Part shown: positions 44,205 to 54,363 of the stretch, piece by piece
Layout: every line of letters starts with the position of its first letter
Numbering within the stretch: position 1 is the stretch's first letter
Source of the DNA: Deltaproteobacteria bacterium
Lineage (GTDB): Bacteria; Desulfobacterota; Desulfomonilia; UBA1062
Length of the DNA stretch: 64,000 nucleotides
Assembly: GCA_018433775.1 (NCBI GenBank)
Contig: JAHDQN010000005.1
Location: 10,272-74,271, forward strand
Direction of reading: 5' to 3'
Notes under the pieces: model-generated
Database searches by the model: none
What the model was told of the DNA's origin: nothing
Seen by the model: only the letters and a program-made list of their open reading frames with translations
Position numbers and translations under genes: made by a program

Positions 44205-46730
44205 TCATTGGGCTGGTTTCCCGTCGAGGCCCTGGTTCTCCAGTCTGGGCAGGAGCACTTTGAAGATCGATCCCTGTCCGGGTCTGCTCCAGACGCTGAC
44301 AGTGCCCCGATGATCCCTGATGATTCCCCGGACCACCGACAGACCCATGCCTGTTCCCTCCCCGTGGCGCTTGGTGGTGAAAAACGGGTCGAAGATGCGC
44401 TGCTGCGTCGTTTCATCCATGCCCTCGCCGGTGTCCCTCACGGCCACCTCCACGTACGAACCCGAAGGCAGCCCCGGAGAAATACTCGCGGCAGCGTTCT
44501 CGTCGAGATCTACGCCGGCGACGTTCACCTCCAGGAGCCCGGTCTTGCCCCTCATGGCATGTGCGGCGTTGCTGCCGAGATTCATGAGCACCTGTTTGAT
44601 CTGGGTGGGATTGGCCCATACCTTCAGTTCTTCGTCGCGGAAACGGGTGATGATGTTGATCGTCTTGGGTATGGCCGACCTGAGTAACGACAGGGTCTCT
44701 TGTATTGCGGGCGAGATATCCATGGGTATCTTTTCCTCGGACGTCTGGCGGGTAAAGGTCATGATCTGCTTCACCAGGTCAACTCCCAGTCTGGCCGCTT
44801 CCTGTATCTCCTCGAGCAGGGGGTGCGCCGGGTTGTCCCTGCCGACATCCTCCACCGCGATCTCGGCATTGAGCAGAATGGGGGTGAAGATGTTCTTCAG
44901 GTCGTGGGCTATACCGCCTGCAAGCGTTCCGATGGCCTCCAGCTTCTGCGACTGGGCGATCATGTGCTGAAGCCTGACGAGCTTGGAGATATCCTGAATC
45001 ACCCCGACATAGTTGACGATCTTTCCCGTTTGATCCCGTACCGGTGATACGGTAAGGTGAATGTCGATCATCTCGCCGCACTTTTTCCTTCTTCTGGCAG
45101 TGCCTCTCCAGGTCTCCCCCCTGGTTGCCACCGTATAGGGTGCGTCGGGATAAAACTCGGTGACGAAATCCTTTCTGAGAAAATCCACACTCCTGCCGAG
45201 CAGATCCTTCCGGGTGTACCCGCTCAAGCGTTCGTACGCCGGGTTCACATACTCGATGATCCACCCGGTATCGAACAGGGCGATGCCTTCTCCTGCCTGG
45301 TCCACGGCCGTTGTCAGGCGTATCATATCCCGCTCCATCTTTCTCCGGGCGTCGAGGATGCTCAGGAGCTCATCCTTTTGGGCTCTCAGCATGCGGTTTG
45401 CTTCTTCGAGCTCCCGGGTGCGGTCCTGCACCTTCTTCTCGAGCTCTTCATTTACTGTTTCGAGAGACGCCTGGGCATTTTTGAGCCGGGTGATATCGAC
45501 TGCTGCCCCGATCATGCGGACGGGTTTGCCGGCGGTGTCATAGGAAATCACACCCCGGCCCGACAGCCAGCGCACCTCACCGTCCGGCCGCATGACGCGG
45601 AATTCGCCCTCGTCCACGCTTTTGTGCTCCAGGACCGCCTGTTCCATCTCGTCTTTTGTCCGTTGGAAATCCTCGGGATGGACCAGCGTTCTCCAGGCCT
45701 CATCGGTATGGATATTGTTCTTTGGGATGCCGAGGATTTTTTTACCTTCATCTGACCAGTATACCCTGTCGCCCGGTATGTCCCAGTCGAAGATGCCCAC
45801 TCCTCCTGCCTGCTGGGCCAGCCTCAGGCGTTCTTCGTTCTCGCGCAGGGATTCTTCCGTTCGTTTGCGCGCCGTTATGTCCTGAAGAACCGTTATGGCC
45901 CCGATGATCGCTCCCCCACGACCCCGCAGGGGGCTTGCGGATGCCAGTATCACAACCTTGCTGCCGTCGCGTCTCCGGACCAGGATTTCCACTCCCCGGC
46001 TCGGTTCCCCTTTCTGCAGGGACCGCCTAAGAGGCAGATCATCGGGCGGAAAAGGAGAACCGTCCAGGGTCATGAGCCGATAACCGCCATCCGGTCCATA
46101 TGTCGTTCCGGAGGCAGATTCCCCGAAGATCTCTTTCACCGCTTCACTTGCCACGATGATCCTTCCCGAGCGATCGGCGACCAGCAGCCCGGAAGGAACG
46201 TTTTTGAGCACGGCCTGCAGCAGCTCCCGGTTTTTCCATCGGGGTTCGTCGGCAGGCGTATAGCCGAAAGCGTGCTCAATACCCGGCCGGACGTTCCGGG
46301 CCCGATCCCCCCTTCGCCCCCCGGATGGAGGTTCATTGTTGCGGTATGCCTTTCCCCGGCGGTTCCTCTTGACTGCGCGATGAAAGACCACGAGGGTGCC
46401 TTCATCGGTCGGCAGGCAATGGACGTCGAGCAGGTGGCCTTGCGGTGCGGGAGAGTGTTCCTGGAACCCGGTATCGGCACCCTCGTCCAGGACCTTCAGG
46501 ACAGCTTCCCTGAGCCTGGTCCCGAGCGGTCCGGGAACGGCATCCAGGAGGCCCAGACCCGTCAGTTCGTCACGCTGTTTCTGCAGGAGCCTGGAGGCGG
46601 TGTCGTTCACATATGTCAGGATCAGGCCGTTATCGAGACAGACCATTCCATGACCGATTCTGTCGAAGATATCACCGGTGGAAGAGATTGTCGAAGGGCC
46701 CAGCTTTTCTTTGCCGGATTGCTGTTTCAT
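44205..46730 (-). CDS. Multi-PAS sensor histidine kinase (cytoplasmic, no receiver domain)
   Basis: At least three PAS/PAC modules. HisKA H-box AHDLKNIFTPI. HATPase N, G1 and G2 boxes are LMNLGSNAAHAM, DTGEGM and GTGMGLSVV. Confidence 0.85.
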   Translation of the reverse strand: MKQQSGKEKLGPSTISSTGDIFDRIGHGMVCLDNGLILTYVNDTASRLLQKQRDELTGLGLLDAVPGPLGTRLREAVLKVLDEGADTGFQEHSPAPQGHLLDVHCLPTDEGTLVVFHRAVKRNRRGKAYRNNEPPSGGRRGDRARNVRPGIEHAFGYTPADEPRWKNRELLQAVLKNVPSGLLVADRSGRIIVASEAVKEIFGESASGTTYGPDGGYRLMTLDGSPFPPDDLPLRRSLQKGEPSRGVEILVRRRDGSKVVILASASPLRGRGGAIIGAITVLQDITARKRTEESLRENEERLRLAQQAGGVGIFDWDIPGDRVYWSDEGKKILGIPKNNIHTDEAWRTLVHPEDFQRTKDEMEQAVLEHKSVDEGEFRVMRPDGEVRWLSGRGVISYDTAGKPVRMIGAAVDITRLKNAQASLETVNEELEKKVQDRTRELEEANRMLRAQKDELLSILDARRKMERDMIRLTTAVDQAGEGIALFDTGWIIEYVNPAYERLSGYTRKDLLGRSVDFLRKDFVTEFYPDAPYTVATRGETWRGTARRRKKCGEMIDIHLTVSPVRDQTGKIVNYVGVIQDISKLVRLQHMIAQSQKLEAIGTLAGGIAHDLKNIFTPILLNAEIAVEDVGRDNPAHPLLEEIQEAARLGVDLVKQIMTFTRQTSEEKIPMDISPAIQETLSLLRSAIPKTINIITRFRDEELKVWANPTQIKQVLMNLGSNAAHAMRGKTGLLEVNVAGVDLDENAAASISPGLPSGSYVEVAVRDTGEGMDETTQQRIFDPFFTTKRHGEGTGMGLSVVRGIIRDHRGTVSVWSRPGQGSIFKVLLPRLENQGLDGKPAQ

Positions 46731-47090
46731 TCATGCTCCCCGGGAATCCGCCGCGCGGAAGAGCGCTTGTTCCCATATTTTTCCGCGTATGCCCTGGTGT
46801 TTCAGCGAGAAAAACAGAGATCAGACCGGAAGGGACTCCCCTTCCGTGCAAAATGGTTCCATGATATTTTGATAAAACAGAACCAAGATTGATTCAAGAT
46901 TATAATTTGTCTGATCTTTTGCAGGCGAATCATTGACGCTTGTCTGAACGGGCCCAAAAGGGTCCGGGACAGGCCGCATCTTTTTTCAAGCTCGATCCCG
47001 GCAATGCCGGACCCCGCTCCCCCGATCGCTGCACGGACGGGTGTTCCCCTGTGCGAAACACCCCTGCCGAAGGACCTTGAAGCGGCGCTC

Positions 47091-47759
47091 CTACCGGGTG
47101 CTGTCCGGTCCGGGCTCGCCGGGTTCATGGCGGGGACGGGAAAGGGCCTCCGGCAGGGCGGCGACGGCCCGGGCCATCTCCCTGCTCAGGTCGGCAACCA
47201 GCTCGCTGTGAGCGGAGACGAGCGATGCATAATCCTTCCCGGGCACGGGCGTCGCGAGCCGGGATCTGCGGCTCGCGACCACGCGGCTGTCTCGGGCTCC
47301 GACGATGGACCATTCGGCGTCCAGGACGGCCTGGCCCCCGAGGCTCCCCTCCAGGCGATTCACCCGGACCTGCAGCCGGTAGTCCACGGGCCTGGACCGC
47401 CCTGCGGGCGCGGCTTCCACCACGTCCGCACAGGTCAGCGACTCCAGGTTCTGCGAAACGACCCGGCTGATGTTTTCCTTGAGCGGCTCTGCCCACTGGT
47501 TGAACTCCGAGATGGCGAGCTCGTTCCTGCCGGTCCTGACCATGATCTGGCGCCGGTCGAGATAGGACGGGATCTCGACCGGACGCATGCCGATGGTCAC
47601 GCACGCCTGCCGGATCCGGTCACTCTCTCCGGTCTGTGCCGCGGGCTCCAGGAGGTAATAGGCGGGAGGCTGCGTTGTGGCGCACCCGCCGTGCACGACC
47701 GCAAGGCCCAGCATCATCGCCAGGATGACGAGCGGAACCGGTTGCACCCGAAACTTCAT
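47091..47759 (-). CDS. ABC-type transport auxiliary lipoprotein (PqiC/YmbA, DUF330-like)
   Basis: Signal peptide plus Cys (LGLAVVHGGC). It sits immediately downstream of the MCE gene in the same operon. Confidence 0.5.
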   Translation of the reverse strand: MKFRVQPVPLVILAMMLGLAVVHGGCATTQPPAYYLLEPAAQTGESDRIRQACVTIGMRPVEIPSYLDRRQIMVRTGRNELAISEFNQWAEPLKENISRVVSQNLESLTCADVVEAAPAGRSRPVDYRLQVRVNRLEGSLGGQAVLDAEWSIVGARDSRVVASRRSRLATPVPGKDYASLVSAHSELVADLSREMARAVAALPEALSRPRHEPGEPGPDSTR

Positions 47760-47772
47760 GGCATTACCCTCC

Positions 47773-48741
47773 TCACTGACTGCCCCTGCCGCGGACTATT
47801 GCCTCAGGATGCCGCTCGAGATAGTCCGCCAGGTTGCGGACCGACTCTGCCGCGGCAGAGATCTCCCGGAGCGTCTCGCTCAACTGATAGACTACGGATG
47901 AATCACCTCCTGCCACGTCCCCGATGGTGCCGAAGGTCTGTTCGGCCTGAGACATGGCCGATTCCGTGGCACGGGTCGTCTGTTCGATCTCGGCCTGCAT
48001 CGCCGTCACCCGTGCATCGATACTCTTCACGAGCTGCCGGGTGTCCGCCAGGGCCGCCTTGAGCTCTCCGGAGATGGGCTCCACCTGACTGTCCACGTCG
48101 CGTATCAGGCTGCGCATGTCCGCCAGGGTGAGATTGAGCGAAGAGACGGTTTCCTTGAGCTCGGGTGACGTGGCCGCCTCCTCGATGCCCTCCACCGCGG
48201 AGATGAGCTTGGTGGCGAGCTCATTCAAGGGGAGGTCCTCGATGGCCTTGGTGAGCTGCTCGAGGCTGGAAGGGATCGTGGGTATCTCCGGGTACCTGCT
48301 CTCCGTATCCACCAGGCGAATGGGTTTGTCCGGGTAGAAATCCAGGGCGATGACGAGCTGGCCGGTCAGGACGTTCTGCATCTGGAGCTGGGCCTTGAGG
48401 CCCTTGTCGATGAGTTGTCTGAAATACCGCTGCTGGGCCGATCTGCTCTGCGCACCGGTGATGGTCTGGGGATCGAGCTCGGCCAGCACGGGTATGCGGA
48501 CCGATGCGGCGTCGGGGTCGAAATGCAGGCTGATGTTTTTCACGGACCCTATCCTGACCCCCCTGAACACCACGGGAGCCCCTTCGTACAGGCCTTTCAC
48601 CGACCCCTCGAAGTACATCACGTAGCGTGGCCGCTGCGAGAAGAGCTCTCCCGAACCCAAGAGGATGATGCCCGCCACCGCCAGAATAATCGCTCCGATA
48701 ACGAATGCGCCGATGAGTGTCTTGTTCAGTTTTTCTTTCAT
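47773..48741 (-). CDS. MCE-family (MlaD/PqiB-like) substrate-binding protein
   Basis: N-terminal TM. MCE domain YVMYFEGSVKGLYEGAPVVFRGVRIGSV. Long C-terminal coiled-coil. Confidence 0.75.
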   Translation of the reverse strand: MKEKLNKTLIGAFVIGAIILAVAGIILLGSGELFSQRPRYVMYFEGSVKGLYEGAPVVFRGVRIGSVKNISLHFDPDAASVRIPVLAELDPQTITGAQSRSAQQRYFRQLIDKGLKAQLQMQNVLTGQLVIALDFYPDKPIRLVDTESRYPEIPTIPSSLEQLTKAIEDLPLNELATKLISAVEGIEEAATSPELKETVSSLNLTLADMRSLIRDVDSQVEPISGELKAALADTRQLVKSIDARVTAMQAEIEQTTRATESAMSQAEQTFGTIGDVAGGDSSVVYQLSETLREISAAAESVRNLADYLERHPEAIVRGRGSQ

Positions 48742-48799
48742 GCTTCTCTCAACTTAAGGTCCTCTGAGTGCATATCATATGGGGTCTGTTCTCCCGATA

Positions 48800-49576
48800 T
48801 CATCCCTCCGGGGCGCCGCTCAATCTGCCTCGGGTGAGAAATCTGCGGACCCTCGGATCCTCGGACTGCTCCAGGAGGACTCGAGGATTTCCCCATGCTA
48901 TCATGGTTCTGTCGGCCGAGTCGAGAAAGATGGAGGTGTCCGCGATGGAGAAAATGCTTTCCAGATCGTGGGTGATGACCACGATGGTGGTATGGAGGTT
49001 TTCCCTGAGCTCCAGGATCAGCTCGTCCAGAAGCCTCGCGCTTACGGGGTCCAGCCCTGCCGAAGGCTCGTCGAAAAAGAGGATTTCGGGGTCGAGTGCC
49101 ATGGCTCGGGCCAGGGCCGCTCGCTTCATCATGCCCCCGCTGATCTCCGAGGGATAGGAGTTCTCGAATCCGGACAGCCCCACCAGGGAGAGCTTGAAAC
49201 TCACGAGGTCGCGGATCTCCCCGGGTCTCAGGCCCGTAAACTCTTCCAGCGGCAAGGCCACGTTCTCGGCCAGGGTCATGGAGCTCCACAGGGCTCCCCG
49301 CTGGTAGAGGACGCCGATACGGCGGAGGATGCGCCTGCGGACATCCGGGTCCGCCTCCCAGAAGCTCGTCCCGCCATAGAGCACCCGGCCCCTGGCAGGC
49401 TGGAGAAGCCCCACCATGGCCTTCATGAGTGTGCTCTTGCCGCTCCCGCTTCCGCCCATGACCACAAAGATTTCCCCCTGCTTCACACAGAAGCCGATGC
49501 CGCTGAGCACGGCGGTGCCGTCGTAGGACACGGTCACGTCGTGCACCGAGATGGGATGCTCGCGCTCACGGTTCAT
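48800..49576 (-). CDS. ABC transporter ATP-binding protein (MlaF-like)
   Basis: Walker A GGSGSGKST. Signature LSGGMMKR. Walker B ILFFDEPSAGLD. Start at ATG comp 49576. Confidence 0.8.
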   Translation of the reverse strand: MNREREHPISVHDVTVSYDGTAVLSGIGFCVKQGEIFVVMGGSGSGKSTLMKAMVGLLQPARGRVLYGGTSFWEADPDVRRRILRRIGVLYQRGALWSSMTLAENVALPLEEFTGLRPGEIRDLVSFKLSLVGLSGFENSYPSEISGGMMKRAALARAMALDPEILFFDEPSAGLDPVSARLLDELILELRENLHTTIVVITHDLESIFSIADTSIFLDSADRTMIAWGNPRVLLEQSEDPRVRRFLTRGRLSGAPEG

Positions 49577-49602
49577 ATCCCTATTCAATATGTCTCCATT
49601 TT

Positions 49603-50790
49603 TTAGATCCACAACGCATTGGTGATGACGGCAAAGACACCGTCCGCCACCACGATGAACACGATCCCGGCAACCACGGACCTCGTGGTGGCCTCGCCCA
49701 CCGCCGACGCGCTCCTGCCGCAGCGCATCCCGTAGAAACATCCCGATATGGCGATGATCATGCCGAAGACGATGCTCTTGGACAGGCCGATCCCGAACTG
49801 GGTGAGGGTCAGCGCCGCGCGGGTCTGGTCCAGATACTGGGGAAGCGAGAGATCGAACATCCCCACCCCGACGAGCGCCCCGCCCAGGATGCCTATCAGA
49901 TCAGCGTAGATGGTGAGCAGGGGCATCATCACCACCAGGGCGACCATCCGGGGCAGCACCAGAAACTCCATGGGGTCGATCCCCCACGTCCTGAAGGCGT
50001 CGATCTCCTCGTTGGTTTCCATGGTGCCCAGGTGCGCGGCAAAAGAGGCGCCGGTGCGGCCCATCATGATGATTGCGGTCATCATGGGCCCCATCTCCCG
50101 GGCCATGGCAATGCCCACCACATCGGCGATGTAGACCTGGGCCTCGAACATTTTGAGCTGAACCGCACCCACGAACGCCAGAATCACTCCCACCAGGGCG
50201 CTGATGAGAAAGATGATAGGCAGTGCGTTGGGCCCGCTCTGCTGCAGCACGTGCACGAGCTCGGACAACCGGAAGCGGGCCCTGCCCCGGGCGAGGCGCG
50301 CCAGGGAAAGGGTCGCGCTCCCGATGAACTCCAGGAGATCGAGAAAAGACCGGGAGAAGTCGATGGAACGCTCTCCGGCCAGGGCAAAAAAAGATCCGCC
50401 CGGTTCCGGCCTTTTTGCATCCATCCTCCTGCCGAAGGCTGCGGCAAGCTGGAGCAGCCTCTGAACGCCCGAAGGGAGTCCTTCAGGCTCTGCCTGGATA
50501 TGGCGGCGCTCGCATTCCCGGAAGAACGCTGCGAGAAAGGTCGCCAGCGAGCTGTCCCAGGACACGATTTCCGAAGAGTCGAAGACTGCACGCCGGATAC
50601 CCGAGATGTCGCCCGCACGGACCAGGACATCTTTGGCTCCGGGCAGCGATATTCCCATTCTCCAGCTCCCCGCAAGCCGGACCAGGAGCGTGTCCGCCCC
50701 CAGACGGCTCAGGCTCGCGGAGCCGGGCATCACTGGTTTGTTTTCAGTATCCATCATCTGCTTTTTCATGCATACCGTATTCTCTTCCAT
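49603..50790 (-). CDS. MlaE-family ABC permease with an N-terminal STAS-like cytoplasmic domain
   Basis: The C-terminal ~260 aa match the MlaE permease (..NALPIIFLISALVGVILAFVGA.., MGRTGASFAAHLGTMETNEEIDAF). The N-terminal ~130 aa are soluble and STAS-like. Confidence 0.7.
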   Translation of the reverse strand: MEENTVCMKKQMMDTENKPVMPGSASLSRLGADTLLVRLAGSWRMGISLPGAKDVLVRAGDISGIRRAVFDSSEIVSWDSSLATFLAAFFRECERRHIQAEPEGLPSGVQRLLQLAAAFGRRMDAKRPEPGGSFFALAGERSIDFSRSFLDLLEFIGSATLSLARLARGRARFRLSELVHVLQQSGPNALPIIFLISALVGVILAFVGAVQLKMFEAQVYIADVVGIAMAREMGPMMTAIIMMGRTGASFAAHLGTMETNEEIDAFRTWGIDPMEFLVLPRMVALVVMMPLLTIYADLIGILGGALVGVGMFDLSLPQYLDQTRAALTLTQFGIGLSKSIVFGMIIAISGCFYGMRCGRSASAVGEATTRSVVAGIVFIVVADGVFAVITNALWI

Positions 50791-51104
50791 GGGTAAACCA
50801 CCTTCATTTCGATGACCACGTGTAAGTCGTCAACCACAGAGATATTCATCCTGTCGCAGAGGTCCGGCAACGGGGTGCCGGGGTGACGCTCATCCGTGAC
50901 TCTGCATCTCCGATCAGTCTTCCCGTATGGCCCTGCTTGATTTCTGTTGCTTTTCTCCGGATCCCGGCCATATAATCCGCGGCCAGATTTGTGCGGCTCG
51001 AAAATGGCGGCAGATGCCGGTTGCGCCCGTGACCGGCCTGATGAAGGAACCTGAGAAAAAGGGCCCACCTGTATGGGGTGAGCATCTTGTAAGGAGAGGC
51101 ACCA

Positions 51105-51479
51105 GTGGAAAGACCCAATCCGTGTCTTATGTGTGGGGCGTGTTGTGCATACTACAGGGCATCGTTTTACTGGGCGGAGGCGGATGACGAAACACCCGGA
51201 GGGGTCCCGGTCCATCTGACCCGGAAGCTCAACGAGCACAGGCGGGTGATGATCGGGTCCGAGGGGAGCAAGCCCTGGTGCATAGCCCTGGAAGGAACCG
51301 TAGGAGAGCAGGTCTGTTGCACTATCTATGAGAGACGCTCTTCGGTCTGCCGCGAATTCGAGGCAAGCTGGATCAACGGGAAGCCCAACGAACGGTGCGA
51401 CGCAGCCCGGATTGCCTGGGGACTCGCCCCGCTCGAGCCGGATGCCTGGGACTTCCCGAATCTGCCCCGGGCGGCCTGA
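51105..51479 (+). CDS. YkgJ-family (UPF0153) Fe-S/zinc-binding protein
   Basis: CLMCGACC (CxxCGxCC) plus additional Cys residues (CIAL..., CCTIYERRSSVCREF). Confidence 0.6.
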   Translation: MERPNPCLMCGACCAYYRASFYWAEADDETPGGVPVHLTRKLNEHRRVMIGSEGSKPWCIALEGTVGEQVCCTIYERRSSVCREFEASWINGKPNERCDAARIAWGLAPLEPDAWDFPNLPRAA

Positions 51480-51754
51480 GCCGGGTGCGGTCACTGGACG
51501 TCCCCGGCCGCATCGCATCCGGGAGCGAAATCTGTCTGCGGATATCAATACACGGTTATCAAGAAATCAACTGTCTTTTCCGATGGATTAGTCCGCGAAA
51601 ACAGGGAAAGGATCAATGGGCATGTGGATACGGGCTGCCGGGTGATCGCCGACCTGATCCGTGAACAGGGATGGCCGTTGTAGCGTGAAGCCTGTGGCGA
51701 CGAGGGTCCTTGAAAAAATATCACGCGATTGCAGAGGATGGGTAGGTATCGGGA

Positions 51755-53428
51755 ATGCTGAAGAACCTTGGAATCAAAGCGAAACTTGCAATACTGGTAA
51801 CCGGCGCGATCATTGTCGTGCTGATAGCGGCGACAAGCGTCTGCTTTCTGAATTTCCAGAAAGAGCTCAAGAGAATCGCCCAGGCGAATCAGGAGACGAG
51901 GATACAGGTGTTCTGGAACCTCCTGGGGCAGAAGGGATCGGAGTTCCGGATCGAGAACGACAGGCTGATGGTCGGCGATTACGTGATCAACGGCAATCAT
52001 GAGCTGCCCGATAAGGTCCAGGAGATCTGCGGCGGAACCGCGACCGTATTCATGCACGATGAGCGGGTCGCCACCAACGTGAGGAAGGGCGATGGCACCA
52101 GGGCCGTGGGTACGACCCTGAAAGGGGTGGCCTATGACACCGTCTTCCGGGAGCACCGTTCATACCGGGGAGAGGCGGATATTCTGGGCGTCCCCTATTT
52201 TACGGCGTACGATCCCATCAGGGACCGCGATGGCGCTATCATCGGGGTGCTCTACACGGGCATCACGCGAAGCGAGTTTTTCCAGAGATACGATAGACTG
52301 AAGATCCAGATCACCGTCGTTGCCCTGCTGTTTGTGGCCGTGATCTGCGGACTCCTGAACATGGTCATCTCCCGGATGATCACGCGACCGCTCACCCGGG
52401 TCGCCGACACGATCAGGGGCATGGACTGCGATCTCACCAAGAGGCTTCAGGTAACCGGCAACGATGAGATCGGCAGCATTGCCCGCTGGTTCAATACCTT
52501 CGTGGGCAGCATGGATCAGATCATCTCCCGGGTGAAGAGCATCACCAGAGACGTCGACAACGCCACCCAGGAGGTGGCCACGGGAGGTCAGGGCCTGTCC
52601 CAGGCGACCCAGGAGCAGGCGGCCGCCATCGAACAGGTGGCGGCAACCATCGAGGAGATGACCGCATCCATCAAGAACAACGCCCTGAACGCGGACAAGG
52701 GCCGTGAGATGGCGCTTGCCATGGTGAACATGGCCAGCACGAGCGGCGATGCCTCCCAGCGGCTCATGGAGGCCATGGACGAGATATCGGTTGCCTCCAG
52801 AAGGGTAGGGGATATTATCACGACCGTCAACGAGGTGGCGTTCCAGACCAACCTCCTTGCGCTCAACGCCGCCGTGGAAGCCGCGCGCGCCGGCGAGCAC
52901 GGGAAAGGGTTTGCCGTGGTCGCCGAAGAGGTGAGGGCGCTTGCCCAGCGATCCGCCGAGGCAGCCAATGAAATCAAGAGTCTCATCGAGGACACGGTGC
53001 AGAAGGTCAACGCCGGGGATGAGATCGTCCGGAGCTCGGTGGAGTCGCTCAACCAGATCATCACCAACATCAACGATCTCTCCCGGAACATGGATGAGAT
53101 CGCTGCGGCATCGGGCGAGCAGGCAACCGGGGTGGATGAGGTCAACCGTGCCCTCGCCCAGATCGACGGCACCACCCAGCAGAACGCATCTATTGTGGAA
53201 GAGCTCGCAATGACCTCCGATGCCCTGCGCTCCGAAGCCGGGCAGCTTGCCGACCTGGTGGAGCAGTTCCGGGTCTCGGATGCATCCGGGCCGGGGCACT
53301 CAGGCCAGGCGCGTCAGGGGAAGGAAAGGCCCCGGCGACCCGGGAGAGCCGGTTCCCCCGGGCGCGTGTCCTCGGCTGTTCGGAAGAACCGGGGTGCTGA
53401 TATAGCCGGGGGTTTCGAGGAGTTCTAG
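51755..53428 (+). CDS. Methyl-accepting chemotaxis protein with a periplasmic Cache-type sensor, HAMP and MCP signalling domain
   Basis: TM1, Cache-like region (..[16 protein letters not shown]..), TM2, HAMP, and the highly conserved MCP hairpin [38 protein letters not shown]. Confidence 0.85.
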   Translation: MLKNLGIKAKLAILVTGAIIVVLIAATSVCFLNFQKELKRIAQANQETRIQVFWNLLGQKGSEFRIENDRLMVGDYVINGNHELPDKVQEICGGTATVFMHDERVATNVRKGDGTRAVGTTLKGVAYDTVFREHRSYRGEADILGVPYFTAYDPIRDRDGAIIGVLYTGITRSEFFQRYDRLKIQITVVALLFVAVICGLLNMVISRMITRPLTRVADTIRGMDCDLTKRLQVTGNDEIGSIARWFNTFVGSMDQIISRVKSITRDVDNATQEVATGGQGLSQATQEQAAAIEQVAATIEEMTASIKNNALNADKGREMALAMVNMASTSGDASQRLMEAMDEISVASRRVGDIITTVNEVAFQTNLLALNAAVEAARAGEHGKGFAVVAEEVRALAQRSAEAANEIKSLIEDTVQKVNAGDEIVRSSVESLNQIITNINDLSRNMDEIAAASGEQATGVDEVNRALAQIDGTTQQNASIVEELAMTSDALRSEAGQLADLVEQFRVSDASGPGHSGQARQGKERPRRPGRAGSPGRVSSAVRKNRGADIAGGFEEF

Positions 53429-53599
53429 GAAAGAATGCTCTCCGCGGGGCCGTCCACCGGGGCAACCCACATGCCGGGAACCATGTGGAAAGAGCCCCCA
53501 GGGAGACGGCAGACGGCATGCGGTGCGTGTGTCGGATAAGGAAACCGCCGATGGCCGGTATCCTCCCCTGGGCGGTCCCTGATCGGACACACGTGTCTC

Positions 53600-53953
53600 C
53601 TACGCCGACTTGCGTGAGAGTTTCTTGAGACGGTTGATCCTGCGGCGGAGGATGTCTGCCCGCGACTTGTCCTGAACGGATTTCTTCTCCTCACGCAGCT
53701 CGCTGATCTTTTTTTTGATTTCCTGCTTGGTCAGCTCGGTTTTCGGCTGGGCCTTCTGCTTTTTGGCAGGAAGATCGCCGGTGATGCCTCTGGCCTTTTT
53801 AATGAATGCCACGAGCTCGTCCTTCTTCATGTCGCTGACAGCGACCTCGGTGTGTTCATGGGGGATGGTCAGGGCGATCTCCTTGAGGTCCTTCACCGTC
53901 ATCTTTTCGAGGGGTTTGTTCTCTTTGGCCGGATGGTTCTTATGCTCTTCCGC
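53600..53953 (-). CDS. Lys-rich small protein (117 aa), possibly nucleoid-associated or Rho-N/SAP-like
   Basis: Start at comp 53953 with a GAAGGAGG RBS. MTVKDLKEIALTIP... is followed by a K/E-rich tail (KKQKAQPKTELTKQEIKKKISELREEKKS). Confidence 0.5.
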   Translation of the reverse strand, partial: AEEHKNHPAKENKPLEKMTVKDLKEIALTIPHEHTEVAVSDMKKDELVAFIKKARGITGDLPAKKQKAQPKTELTKQEIKKKISELREEKKSVQDKSRADILRRRINRLKKLSRKSA

Positions 53954-54186
53954 CATGCTTTCCTCCTTCTTCATGTAAGTGTAATAAAAAAACCTGCGTA
54001 TCGGGCCGCGATCCTTCCATGGTCTGATGGAAGGGACTGCGACGCGCCGGAAATGATGAAATTGTATATGAATGGGCTGATCCGGACAACTGGAAAAGCG
54101 CAGGATCATGCAAAAAGAAATGAAGTCTTCTCACCATCCGGGAAAGGATGCAGCCTGAAAAAGAGTTGGGCTCTTAAGGAGGATTC

Positions 54187-54351
54187 ATGAAACCCTTTAC
54201 ATTCATAGTGCTGATTCTTTCATTTCTATTATTCCCGAGTTGTTTGCTCTTCCCCAAGAAGCTGAAAATGGTAATTGGTCCTCTTTATCTCAATAAGCAG
54301 AATAAACGCCCAACCAGGCATGCACACGGACGCGCTGACGCGCGCCGGTGA
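54187..54351 (+). CDS. Unannotated 54-codon ORF with strong RBS; hydrophobic N-terminus (MKPFTFIVLILSFLLFPSC...), absent from the >=60-aa ORF track
   Basis: AAGGAGG (54176-54182) lies 4 nt before ATG 54187. The region is locally AT-rich. Translation is MKPFTFIVLILSFLLFPSCLLFPKKLKMVIGPLYLNKQNKRPTRHAHGRADARR. Confidence 0.35.
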   Translation: MKPFTFIVLILSFLLFPSCLLFPKKLKMVIGPLYLNKQNKRPTRHAHGRADARR

Positions 54352-54363
54352 TGCCTGCCGTTA

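Noticed and set aside
46940-46990. Hairpin CGGGCCC-AAAA-GGGTCCG followed, 13 nt later, by CTTTTTT
   Set aside because: The U-tract is too far from the stem and lies on the wrong strand for the adjacent minus-strand genes. It is probably part of the histidine-kinase promoter region.
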